The translations under genes and the position numbers were made by a program. A DNA stretch of 64,000 nucleotides, from contig JAUCBJ010001093.1 in the NCBI GenBank assembly GCA_032718475.1, positions 31,770 through 95,769 of the forward strand. The letters are read 5' to 3'. Below, piece by piece: positions 13,356 to 24,621 of the stretch; within the stretch, counting starts at the first letter, position 1; every line of letters begins with the position of its first letter. Under the pieces are notes generated by a model that was not told the DNA's origin, ran no database searches, and was given only the letters and a program-made list of their open reading frames with translations. This stretch comes from Nemertoderma westbladi (taxonomy: Eukaryota > Animalia > Xenacoelomorpha).

Positions 13356-13423
13356 GTAACTAAACCAGCTGCCGCCCTAGATAAACTCTGTAACCACCAG
13401 CCACCAAAATCTGCAGGGGAAAG

Positions 13424-16400
13424 ATGAGTCAGTCGGGTGAGATAACACCGACGCGGACCCCGGACGAAGAGCTAACGATCCGCGAGGCCGCAACCAGGCG
13501 ATATAGGCCCACGACGCCGGACCCATCGGTAACGGGTCATCCGGCAGTTCAGGACGAGGGGGGCCTGGAACCCGAGGTCCAGCCGAGAGGAAGAGAGAGC
13601 GAGACGGAGGGAAAAGGAGACGAGTCGACACGGGACGGGGGTCGACGCACCGGTGTCGCCGGCCAGCCACAGGCCGAGGGCGACGAGCGGCCCACCGAAA
13701 CGGCGACGGTGGGGCCGACGGTGCGGCCCCAGACGCAGAGAGACAAAGGAGATATCGGTACCGATGTCGCCGGCCAGCTACAGGCCGAGGGCGACGAACG
13801 GCCCACCGGAACGGCGACGGTGGGGCCGCCGGTACGACGTCGAACCCGGAGAGACGGACGAGGGGTCGGTGACGAGGACGTCGGGGTTTCTGAGCGACTT
13901 CGACGGGCCTACAACGCGACCCGGAGACTACTAGAGGAGGCCAGAAAGGGGAAAACGATAGACGAGGTAAAACTGAAGTCAGGACTATGTAAGTCGGACA
14001 GACATTTATACTATCTAATGCGTTTCGGGCAGAGAGAATTGGCCGAGGAGAGAGCGAGAAAGGTTGCCGAGGAACTGTATGACTCATGGCGGCATGGGGG
14101 TATACAACCTAGTGTAGTGTACATAGGGCCATATTTAATCGATGCCCGGGGTATAAAATTAATGGGTTGGAACAGACCTGAAGGGGGCGAATCCGAGGTT
14201 AACCCCGAGGATTCGGCCTCGTCGGTCGGAGGGAGTTCCGGGAGGAGGGGGAAAGTTAGTAGGTCGGGAAGGTGGAGGGAGTCCGTCGTAACCGATAAGT
14301 CTGCTACATCCTCCGCGAAAGAAAGACTGGTGAGAGAGGCAGGTGCCGCGTACCGTCTCGAGCTGATAGAGCAAGGTCAGAGGGAAATTGATAAACGGCT
14401 AGAGGAGGGGAGAATGCGGCTAGAGAGGGAAGCGGCATTGATTAGAGAAACCGGAGAGAGGGCCGAAAGGGCTTTGAGAGGCCTTAGGGAGTGTGAGGAA
14501 ATAGAGGAAAAGGAGTGTAGGGAACGTGAGGCGAGAGAGGAAAGGGAACGCAAAGAGCGCGAGGCGGAACGCAAGGAGCATGAGGCGAGAGAGGAAAGGG
14601 AACGCAAAGAGCGCGAGGCGGAACGCAAGGAACATGAGGCGAGAGAAGAAAGGGCACGCAAGGAGCGTGAGGCAAGGGAGGAAAAGGAACGCAAAGAGCG
14701 TGAGGCGGAACGCAAGGAGCATGAGGCGAGAAAGGAAAGTGAACGTAAGGAGCGTGAAGCGAGGCGAAGGGAGAGTGCTAGGAAAGTAGTAGAGTTGGCT
14801 GAGCGGGACACGCGGGAGTGTGAGAGGAGAATGGCAGGAGCCGAGCGAGACCATGAGGAATTAAAGAGACGCCAAAGTGAGCTTGGGGAACATAGGGTTA
14901 GACGCGCGCACGAGCTGCAACTGGTGCGGGCGGGGGCGTCTGAGAGCGAGACAGGCTCGAGTATTTTAGAGGAGCCAGGGGCCGTGGATACATTTATTAA
15001 TACCCCACTTACAGGGACCGCACGACAGGCCCAAAACTGGTGTGACCGTACGGGCGGGCGGGGGGGGGGGGGGTAATAATGATAATGGTACAGTAGACGT
15101 GGTTAATATTAATAGTACCGTATGGGATAATTCTAATCAAACCTTTATTGCAGGAAATACTTTGCCTAGTGGTAGTAATTTAAATTTAAATCAGAACAAT
15201 CTTAATATTAATGTAGAAAATAATCCTAATATTAATGTAGCTACGCAAATTAATCAAAATAATCAAAATAATAATAATTCAAATAATTTAATTAATGAGC
15301 CAAGCCCGAATTTACAAGATAATTCAAATGATTTTATTTCGAACGAACAAATTAATTCTGTATCCGATATGGGTGCTATTAACGTAAACACGTCGGGCGT
15401 GTACAGCCAGGCAAACGGGGACCTGGCAGGCCACACAGTTGGTGGGCCAGAAGTAGCTGGGTTAGGTAGACCCAGCGAGGGCCTGGTAGGCCACGTAGTT
15501 GGTAGACCCAGCGAGGGCCTGGTAGGCCACGTAGTTGGTAGACAGGGAGCAGAGGGCCTGGTAGGCCACGTAGTTGGTAGACAGGGAGCAGAGGGCCTGG
15601 TAGGCCACGTAGTTGGTAGGCAGGGAGTGGCTGGGTTGAATAGACCCAGCGAGGGCCTGGTAGGCCACGCAATAGCAGAGGGAGAGGCGGGGGTGAATAG
15701 ACCCGACCGCGATAGGGTCGATGTGTCGACTAGAGAGGGATATAGTAGCGTAGTGAGGGATAGCGAAGTTAGATGTGGCGAGTGGGGGGGGGGGGGGGGG
15801 CTACAGGGGCCCCACAACAGCGAGTTAGCGGCGAAAGGGGGGGGGGGGCAGAGAGTGTCCCACAGCCGTCAGCGGATAATGCGAGGGCCAAAATAGGTAA
15901 ACCGCAACAACCGGCGACGGAAAGTAATAGGGGGATTGCGAGTATCCCCAGCAGCGTGCGACCGAGCAGAGAGAGACAGGTTGACGTCGTAAGAGGGCGG
16001 ACGAAGCGTCGAGCCCGATCAGAAGAGGGAAGAAGAACAGTGGGGTTTAACCGGGAGGTCGACGAGAGATCTCACGAGCGGGAATACTCCACTGAAAGGA
16101 GAAGAAGAGAAGACAGTAGTAGAAGTATCGCCGCGAACGATAGAAGAGCGAAGACGGATAGCGAGCCGTCGGTAGTCGAGATGAGAACAGAGAGTCAGTG
16201 GGGTCGGACTCCGGGAGATTGCCGTCGCCCCGGAGAGATGCAACCCGGCGAGGCGCACTACGCGCCGAGAGAGGGGTACGCGATGTACCGGTGCGAAGAT
16301 GAGAACAGTAGAGAGGGGGGTCGAAGAGAAACTTTCCGACGGAATATACCTACCGATCGAGAATACGGTAGCCGCGGGTTGGATTATTCGAGAAGAATAA

Positions 16401-19400
16401 ACTTCGATCCCGAACAACACATGCAGACTGTAGGACATACTGTAGGCCTTACTGCACATACCGTAGGCCATACTGAGAGAGGCAATGTAGGCGATAGGAT
16501 AGCGTGGACAACGGGATTAAACCCGGAAGTCGCGGAATACATACCGGCGGGTAGGCCAGAAGCTGATAGGCCTATACCGGTACCAGTACAGCAGTATGAC
16601 TACAGCATGCAGGGACATAACATATACCCAGGGGAGGGGGGAATTATTGCGGATAGGTGCATGGGCCCCAACATATTAACATCAACCCCAGTACCAAACA
16701 TACCGGTGGGGGGGGGGGGGGGGGCGACAGGGTGACATTCCCCCATCACAATATCAACAATATACCCCGATAGGAGCAAGAACAACGAGACCCTTGGATG
16801 AGAATAGGTCGTGTGATACAGACATATGGAGGGGGCCGCTACCCCCGATGACATACCCAAGTCAGAGGAAGTCAAGAAATAGGACAGACGGAACGCACCA
16901 GACAGGAGAAACTATACAGCATCCGTCGAACCCATTGGAAGCGCAGGCGATGGGGATGGCCACGTTGATCGATGCGTTGAAAACGAGGATCGAGCTACCA
17001 CCCGTGGAACCATTCAAATTCGATGGGAGTAGGCCGGAAGAATATCTACAGTTTCGGCGCATGTATAGTAACGAAATACTAACAAAAAACTTGACGCAGG
17101 CGGAGTGCCTAAAGTATCTGCAAGTGTACACGGGAGGCCCAGCATACGATATCGTGAGGCAGTATCAAGGAATAGAGGGCGGCTTCACGACAGCATGGCG
17201 GGCACTGGATAGGGAATACGGGCACCCGGCCAAGATCATCAGGCAGACGCTGAGAGGCATAACATCGGGTGGCCTACAGGATAATCCCGTTAGCATTAAG
17301 ACGTTCGCTAACAAAGTCGAAAAGGCGCTAATCGTGCTGAAGACGCTAGACGCGCCGTACGAGCTCAATGCGTCCAACAACATCACCACGATAGCGCAGG
17401 CACTACCAAACTGGCTGCGCAACAAGTGGAGGAAAATCGCCTTCTCCACTCGAGATAAGAAGGGTGCGGAACCGGGTTTAGAAGAAATGTCAAAGTTCTT
17501 AAACTACGAGGCTGAGCTAATAACTGACCCAGTCTATAGCGAAGACAGCCTGGGAAAGGGACCGAAGACAGACTACCATAGACCGAAACCAGAGCACAAC
17601 ACATCAAACGCATTACCGAGACTCAGGCAATCATTGCCATATGCAGCGACGCAGGGGACTGCAAGTCCACAGCTAGCCGAGGATAAGACAACACCATGGA
17701 ATGGACAGGGAAACAATAACAACACGAATAAACATAACCCCAGTACGTCCAGTAGGCTAAATCCAAACAATAAGAATAGTAGGGACTTTGGTACAAACGC
17801 AGCTGCGATACGCAATGCACTGTATAAAGAGGGCTACGACCCAAAGAGCAAATGCCAGCTACACGCAAATGCGCTTCATCAAACCATGAACTGCAGGTAC
17901 TGGCAGGCGCTACCTAGGCAGGATCAGATAGATTATGCGTTCAGCAATAAAATCTGCTCGCGATGTGTAATGAGTGGATATAGAGCAAGGGAGTGCAAGG
18001 AGAAGCCAATAAAATTTGGTCAAAGGAGAGGCCAAACGATGGCGACCAGCACAGTAGGGGCGAAGAAGAGGGGAACGGTGTTACTTGGAGTAGTACCAGT
18101 GCGAGTGATCGGGGAAGGCAATCGATCAGTAACAACACTAATGCTGGTTGATAGTGGAGCTGCCTTCACATTAGTCGAGGAATGGGTGGCCGAGGAGATA
18201 GGATTGAGAACGAGGCCAAGCAGGATGGCGGTAACAACCATCTCTAGCAAAGATGAGATCCTGGAGATGAGAACAGGACGGTGCGCAATTGCAGCAATGA
18301 CACCAGGATGCAACTATGGGGCAACCATCGACCCCATCCAGGTGATAGAGTCAATTAATATTAATGCCAGGCGACCAACCAACATCGAGGTCGAGCAGTA
18401 TAAATTCCTGGACGACATTGACTTCTCAATCCCAGACGTGGACGTTAGGAAGGTGTCCATCATAGTAGGCATGGACTGCCCAACGGCCCACGAAAGAATG
18501 CAAACGGTCTTCGGCGAAGACAAGCAGAGTGACCCGGTGGCCATATTAACACCATTCGGGTGGACACTGACAGGCCCAATTAAGAGCAATATACCATTCC
18601 ATGTGTCCGAGAGTTCAGGATGCATGGTGCCAGGAACTGACGAGATAGAGGAGAGGCCAGAGATGGGCAATAGTGGTAGACAGCTAGAAGTAGAAGCAAC
18701 ACCAAGAGAGTGGGCGGAGGAGAATGGTATGGATACAGAAGATCTAGAGACGATGGGTTGGAATAAGGGTCCCAGCAAGTATCGGTATGGAGATGGAGAG
18801 GAGCGGACGGTGGAGTGTCGGGAGGACAAACCGGAGAAGTGTCCGGTGGAGTGTCCAGAGGAGCGTCCGGAAGAGACGCCGGTCCGGTTGAGAGGCATAC
18901 CGACAAGGGGGAAGCCGAGTAAGAATACAAGATGGAAAGGGAGAAGATGTGAGACGATCAGACCAGGGGCAGAGAAGCCCATGAATAAACATATGGTGGA
19001 CAAAGGAGCCGGGAGAGTAGGAGGCGTGCTGCGTACGCACGCGGAACTGACAGAGTGCGAGGGGGCATTACATAGGCAGACATCGTGTATACCGAAGGAC
19101 GAACGGGGGTCGTTGAAGCCTTTAATGCCAGCACACATATTAAGGGGGAGGCCAGCAGAGGTGGCATCTAAGATTAAGGAGAAGAACAGGGGCGGCATTA
19201 TACCGCCGGGTGACACGTTGAAGGGTGGCACTTTGCCGCCAAGGGACGACCACGAGATCAGAAACATAAATAACAGACAGCATTTGCAAAAACAGGAGAA
19301 AAGACCACCTATCGAATTGACAAGGAGAGCGGAGCGAAGAATTAGAGAACCTATAAGGGGGCAGTGGGAGAGTTGCCTGCTGGAGGAATCACCCCTTGGG

Positions 19401-19451
19401 TCGCTGAGTTGTCCAACAGGTTGGACTGGGATGGAAGAGTTACATCCGTAA
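13424..19451 (+). CDS. BEL/Pao Gag-protease polyprotein (about 2000 aa if four ORFs are joined at poly-G runs), lacking RT/RNase H
   Basis: Coiled-coil and low-complexity N-terminus. DUF1759-like gag core (LPPVEPFKFDG..EYLQF..LKYLQVYTGG.A..AWRALDREYG), degenerate Cys/His knuckles, aspartic protease LVDSG, BEL motif PVAILTPFGWTLTGP and an integrase-tail remnant (ELTECEGAL...LKPLMPAHILRGR). Frame breaks coincide with G runs at ~15060, ~15790/15840 and ~16715. Confidence 0.85.
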
Positions 19452-19614
19452 AAGGTGCGGGCAGAGGTGTTACCTGTCTGTTAGAAGGGGCACCTTAGTA
19501 GAGTTACAGAAAAGTTTAGTCGTCCAAGTTTTGGACTGAGGGGGGTGGGATTGAGGGCGAGACGCCCTTCCCACAAACAAAATAATAAAATAAAATAAAA
19601 AAAATAGTACATGG

Positions 19615-20335
19615 TAGGTACGCAGTCAGTAGGCAGAGAGTTAGTTAGAAGGTACGTAGTACCTAGTTAGTTAGTTAGTTAGGAGGTACGTAGTACCACC
19701 AGTTAGAGAGTTAGTTAGAGGGTACGTAAGTACCGTTAGTTAGTTAGTTAGTTAGGAGGTACGTAGTACCGCCAGTTAGAGAGTTGGTTAGAGGGTACGT
19801 AAGTACCGTTAGTTAGTTAGTTAGCTAGGAGGTACGTAGTACCGCCAGTTAGAGAGTTAGTTAGAGGGTACGTAAGTACCGTTAGTTAGTCAGAGAGTTA
19901 GAGGGTACGTAGTACCGCTAGTTAGTTAGAGTTAGAGGGTATGTAGTACCGATAGTTAGTTAGAGAGTTAGAGGGTACGTAAGTACCGATAGTTAGTTAG
20001 AGAGTTAGAAGGTACGTAGTACCGATAGTCAGTTAGAGAGTTAGAGGGTACGTAAGTACCGCTAGTTAGTTAGAGAGTTAGAGGGTACGTAGTACCGATA
20101 GTTAGTTAGAGAGTTAGAGGGTACGTAAGTACCGCTAGTTAGTTAGAGAGTTAGAGGGTACGTAGTACCGATAGTTAGTTAGAGAGTTAGATGGTACGTA
20201 GTACCGCTAGTTAGTTAGAGAGTTAGAGGGTACGTAAGTACCACTAGTTAGTTAGAGAGTTAGAGGGTACGTAAGTACCGTTAGTTAGAAGAGTTAGAGT
20301 TAGAGGGTATGTAGTACCGTTAGTTAGAAGAGAGA
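19615..20335 (+). repeat. Internal tandem array (about 19-20 copies, ~36-bp unit AGTTAGTTAGAGAGTTAGAGGGTACGTA(A)GTACCG)
   Basis: Directly visible. Each unit contains a GGTAC-3/4 nt-GTACC inverted repeat. Confidence 0.9.
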
Positions 20336-20813
20336 GAGTAAGAGGTAAAAGGGGATATAGATATAGATATTAGTTAGCAGTTAGTAGAGAGAGGGGGGCA
20401 TATGAGTACAGCTGGGTAAGTCGTGTGGCCACACGACCCATACTGCTGCACTGCCATACCCACAGAGTAGGCCAGAATGTGGATTAGAGAATAGAATAAT
20501 CCATAGGCAGTAGTAAGTAGTAGGACAGCAGAATCAAATTAAATAGATAAATAAATAGAATAGGGCTGAAAGTTGTAAAATAGTGGCAACACAAGGGAAG
20601 TTATTCTAGAACATAATAAAAGTAACGGACAGAAATTGTAAATTACGCTCATTTACTAGCTTCAAAATTAATTAGGAATAATTTAGGTTAAAAGGCGCAG
20701 TTAAGTAGGAAATAGGCCATTATCGAACCGTACAGAACATCTTAGATACATCACTCATCTGTATTGCGCCTTGGTAAGGCACCACCTTGCAGGTGAGCGA
20801 GTGAACGTTCAGA

Positions 20814-23366
20814 ATGGCGAGTAAGTTGATCAGAAAGAGAAAAGCGGAGTCAGGAGGAAAGGAGATACTGGTGGATTTCACCGAGAGACATCCGGAAGAG
20901 AAGACGAGAGGATACTACGAGAGGTTGGAAAGGGGTCACGCGGCGCGAGCGCTGCAGGATCACTTCAGGGAGATGCACGAACAGCGGCTGGTCGGGACCT
21001 ATGGGACGCCGTCGCTGGACAACGCGATCTTCCAACACTTCCACTACGTGGTGAAAGGGGACGAGGCGAAGTTCGGGATTCCGAAGTACCCGAAGGAATC
21101 ACCGAGGAAGGACTGGAAGAGATTCATAGAGTCCGTCAACAGAGGAGGATATATGATCCTAGACGACGAGGGAACCGTGGAAGACGAGGCGGGTTCGAGA
21201 CGAGGAACGGCGGGGTCGGCCAGGACCATACTCCTACATTTGGCCGCGCCAAATGGGGACATCTTCTTATTCGATCTAGGAACGTATGGGAAGAAGGACG
21301 GGCTGAAATTAAACCGGTTACCGAAAGCGGTACAAGTCTTAGTAAGAGAGAAGTCGACGACGAAAGTGGGATCGGCGATTCGCGAGGACGCGGAGAGGAT
21401 CATCGGTCCGGACGCCACCAACCTCCTGGATATGCAGAAAGTCTTTATGGCTATGACGGCACCGGATGGGTTGGGGGTAGTCGAAAACACAGGCCAATGC
21501 GGGGCGGTGGCGATGGGCCAATTATTGGGGCTCGTATGCCACAAACCGATGGACTGGGGGAAGTTTAGGGAAGAATACGGAGCAGAACTAGCGAACTCGC
21601 TAAAGTGGGGAGCGAGACCGGGAAAGCAGGAGGTATATCAGTTCCGCAGGGGAGCGATAAAGGTATATCAGAAGCGATATATCCTGCAGGAGGACTGGAT
21701 GATGATAAGTTTGCTCAACTTATTCATGACCGTGGTTATCGAGAGGGAACCAGGGGCATTTCTGTTATCGGGATCACCCCTAAGCTACAGGAGAGCCTTT
21801 AAGACGGCCTTTGACGGTCTGGTAGACCACCCGGGGCTGAAGGGCGAGTCGGTGTACTACAACAGCCGACATCTGGTAGACGGGGAGACAGATACACCGT
21901 ATCAGAGATGGGAGCAGCTAGAGACGGATAGACGAGAAGCAAAGCGACTGGAAGAAGTCACTAGACGGGAGAGGATAGAAGCAGAGGAGAGGGAAGAGGA
22001 GGCCAGGACACAGAGTTACGGCTTCGAGGAACAGGCAGGCCTAGACGAACTTCATTGGACTTCATCAGGGAGTTCGGGGGAGTCTCTAGGGCGAGAATTG
22101 GGATGGACGGTGGGATCGCCGAAACAGTCGACGTCGGGGTTGCAAACGATGCCCATACCAGCGGGCGCCGAGGGCGACCAACCGCCAAGGAAGTTAAGGG
22201 AGCTGGAGGGATGGAGAGCTACGGGCGAGAGCCAAGGCGGGAAGGGACATAGTGGATCCATCGGGATACCGGGGTTGGAGACACTGCCAGAAGAAGAGGA
22301 GGACGACGACGACGAGTTCGGAGAGATGCCGCCCATCGAGAGGATAGGCCACTCGGACACGGACTGGGTTGGCGGAAGGGTGGTGACGGCCAGTGGGGCG
22401 AGGGCCTTCTGGAACAGATCCGGCAAGCGGACCTGGGTGCACGAGGACCCGGCGATGGATTTCGCGGGGAGCACCATCAGGTTGGGCGAACAACCGGGGA
22501 CGGCACCACGGGTAGTATTCGGGGAGACGATGCCCGAGAGGGGCGGAGAGATCGACGTAGATAGAGAGACCAACGTAGAGAAGTTCGCCTACCAGCGACT
22601 CCACAGACCGCGGAGATCGCTTGGGACGAAAGACGAGGTGGGACGGGAGACATTGGTACTCGGCTGCGACTACTGTGGGAGACAGACCCATCGGGAAAGC
22701 AGCTGCCTATACCGGTTCCAAAAGGGAACCTTTTGTCTCTACTGCAGAGAACCAAGCCACAGGATGGGGGCGTGTCCACGGTTGCATAACCGATGTCCAA
22801 AGTGCCACTTTCGGGGACACTACGGACGCGAGTGCGACTGGATGAACGACGATGAGAAGTTCACAAGATTCGAGGAGTGGGCCGACGTCGGGGCCATGAC
22901 GCGCCAGCGCATGAAGGCCCAGGAGTTCAAGTGGGGTTTCTTCCTTATCAATCAGGAGACTCACATGGAAATCATAAAGCGGAGGCTACCGTTTACCTAC
23001 CAAGAGGTAGCAACGGCGGCGTCATACACTGGAGTGATGAACACGCAAAGGTATTTGGACAGGTGGACGCCTGAGAACCGAAGGGAGTTTAGGGATTTCT
23101 TGGCAGAGCACGTACCAAAGGCAATGAAAATGATCCTATGGGACGCCACCAGAGGGAGACAACCGGGCCACTCTGAGGGGCCACCGGCGAAGCGATATCG
23201 GGCACTAATAACACCAGCGCCCAAAGAGCCAACGACCGGGATCAGCAGGGAGGTGGCGGCGAAGGTCCAAAAGCAGAAAGCGGATGATGCCAGAGGAACG
23301 GTGATAACCAAGAAACGACCCAGGGAAGAGGACGCCAGGGGGAACTATCCCCAGAGGAACAGATAG
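20814..23366 (+). CDS. 850-aa extra ORF: DEDDy-like 3'-5' exonuclease domain, acidic linker, three CCHC zinc knuckles
   Basis: ExoI-like MILDDEG, then LLHLA..G.IFLFDL and LP.AV..LV.....TKVG, ExoII-like AIREDAERI, ExoIII-like QKRYILQED; the order and spacing follow the WRN/EXD2/RNase D exonuclease. CX2CX4HX4C occurs three times at 22665-22835. Confidence 0.75.
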   Translation: MASKLIRKRKAESGGKEILVDFTERHPEEKTRGYYERLERGHAARALQDHFREMHEQRLVGTYGTPSLDNAIFQHFHYVVKGDEAKFGIPKYPKESPRKDWKRFIESVNRGGYMILDDEGTVEDEAGSRRGTAGSARTILLHLAAPNGDIFLFDLGTYGKKDGLKLNRLPKAVQVLVREKSTTKVGSAIREDAERIIGPDATNLLDMQKVFMAMTAPDGLGVVENTGQCGAVAMGQLLGLVCHKPMDWGKFREEYGAELANSLKWGARPGKQEVYQFRRGAIKVYQKRYILQEDWMMISLLNLFMTVVIEREPGAFLLSGSPLSYRRAFKTAFDGLVDHPGLKGESVYYNSRHLVDGETDTPYQRWEQLETDRREAKRLEEVTRRERIEAEEREEEARTQSYGFEEQAGLDELHWTSSGSSGESLGRELGWTVGSPKQSTSGLQTMPIPAGAEGDQPPRKLRELEGWRATGESQGGKGHSGSIGIPGLETLPEEEEDDDDEFGEMPPIERIGHSDTDWVGGRVVTASGARAFWNRSGKRTWVHEDPAMDFAGSTIRLGEQPGTAPRVVFGETMPERGGEIDVDRETNVEKFAYQRLHRPRRSLGTKDEVGRETLVLGCDYCGRQTHRESSCLYRFQKGTFCLYCREPSHRMGACPRLHNRCPKCHFRGHYGRECDWMNDDEKFTRFEEWADVGAMTRQRMKAQEFKWGFFLINQETHMEIIKRRLPFTYQEVATAASYTGVMNTQRYLDRWTPENRREFRDFLAEHVPKAMKMILWDATRGRQPGHSEGPPAKRYRALITPAPKEPTTGISREVAAKVQKQKADDARGTVITKKRPREEDARGNYPQRNR

Positions 23367-24038
23367 GTTCCCAGAGTCGAGGGAGAGAGACTGGGACTTG
23401 GACGTGGTACGCCTGAAAGGCGCCGCGTGGGACGTACGAACTATTAAGTACAAAATTTAATTAATGCAAATAATCATATAAGTGCAATTTGTATGTACGT
23501 ATGTAGCAATTAGTAATCTACGAATATATACGCTGGGAGTAAGTACTATAGTCATACAACCTTTCTCAATTAGCTACTGGGACTGGGGGATAACTGACTA
23601 TGGCACTATGGACGAGACACCAGACAATTTCACACTTCTTGAGTGCGACGGCACAAGAGGGGGGGGAGATTCGTCAGAAGGGATGAGGCAGTCGAAGTGA
23701 GGTTGAGGGACAGAGTAGTAAGTGCGGAGTGCGGAGAGAGTGCGGACGCAATTCTAGTGTGGGGGGGGAGAATAAGAGGCTGAGTGAGGGACGAGGAGGT
23801 CCGGGTGTATGGGAGAGTCAGGATGAGAGTGAAGAAGAGATAGGGCGGAAGTGTTGGGGAAACAAAAGTTGCGTGAGAGGTGAACGCGATCGGCCCGACA
23901 TGAGACGCCAGGCACACAGGGTAGCATTATCATACCCATAGGGAGCGGCCTGGAAAGCCGGCTCCGAGAGAAAAGAATTCCACCCCACACCCGATACTAG
24001 ATCGGGATCCAGCGGGATTGTAGCGCACTTTTTGGTTG

Positions 24039-24076
24039 ATGCTATCTTCTTACCGGGAAGATAGCATGGGGGGGAG
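24039..24076 (+). promoter_or_regulatory. 11-bp stem-loop followed by the polypurine tract (plus-strand primer)
   Basis: ATGCTATCTTC-7 nt-GAAGATAGCAT, then GGGGGGGAG abutting the 3' LTR TG. Confidence 0.75.
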
Positions 24077-24616
24077 TGTTAGCTTATTCAATCCCGCTAA
24101 CACCCCATAAAGTTATAAGCCGATAAGCAATATTGGGAGCCACGAGATTGGGTAATTAACCAACTCGTGCCATCCCAATAAGAATGGGAAGGAGAAGCAC
24201 ACAATGAGGGTCAGGGGCCAAACCCCTAACCCAGAGAGAATAGGTGGAGTGAACGGGAACACTCCAAAGGGCGCCAACAAGGGTATCAACCAATCAGAGG
24301 GGGGAAAGGCATCGATTAGGTAGAGTAACAAGGCCAACCGTGCAATATAGCCACTTGGCAGTAATAATACCAATTCAGTTATCTCAGTGCAATACCGGTG
24401 CTAGATTAGGTTACATAGTTTTAGATAGGGAAGGACTGGGACTTTAGTTACCGTATCCCGTCTTCCATGTACGACAATATTATATCTATATCTATATCTA
24501 TATCTGCATATCCTATTATATACAACAAACAGCACAAACTCATTTACTCTTTATGCACGGCGGGGACGCGTGAACTAAAACCGGATAAACCGGGATCCCT
24601 CTTGGATCCCGTCACA
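24077..24616 (+). repeat. 3' LTR (540 bp)
   Basis: Direct repeat of 12816-13355, followed by TSD CTTAC. Confidence 0.95.
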
Positions 24617-24621
24617 CTTAC

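Larger units (their letters stand above)
12816..24616 (+). mobile_element. BEL/Pao-derived non-autonomous LTR retrotransposon with an extra ORF
   Basis: Two 540-bp TG...CA LTRs, 5-bp TSD CTTAC (12811-12815 and 24617-24621), polypurine tract 24068-24076, BEL-type gag and protease. Confidence 0.95.

Noticed and set aside
19615-20335. CRISPR-like array next to a nuclease gene
   Set aside because: The linkers are repetitive rather than unique spacers, the context is a eukaryotic LTR element, and there are no cas genes.
13377-23453. Numerous antisense and alternate-frame ORFs over the LTR element
   Set aside because: Shadow ORFs caused by GC-rich, purine-biased coding sequence on the plus strand.
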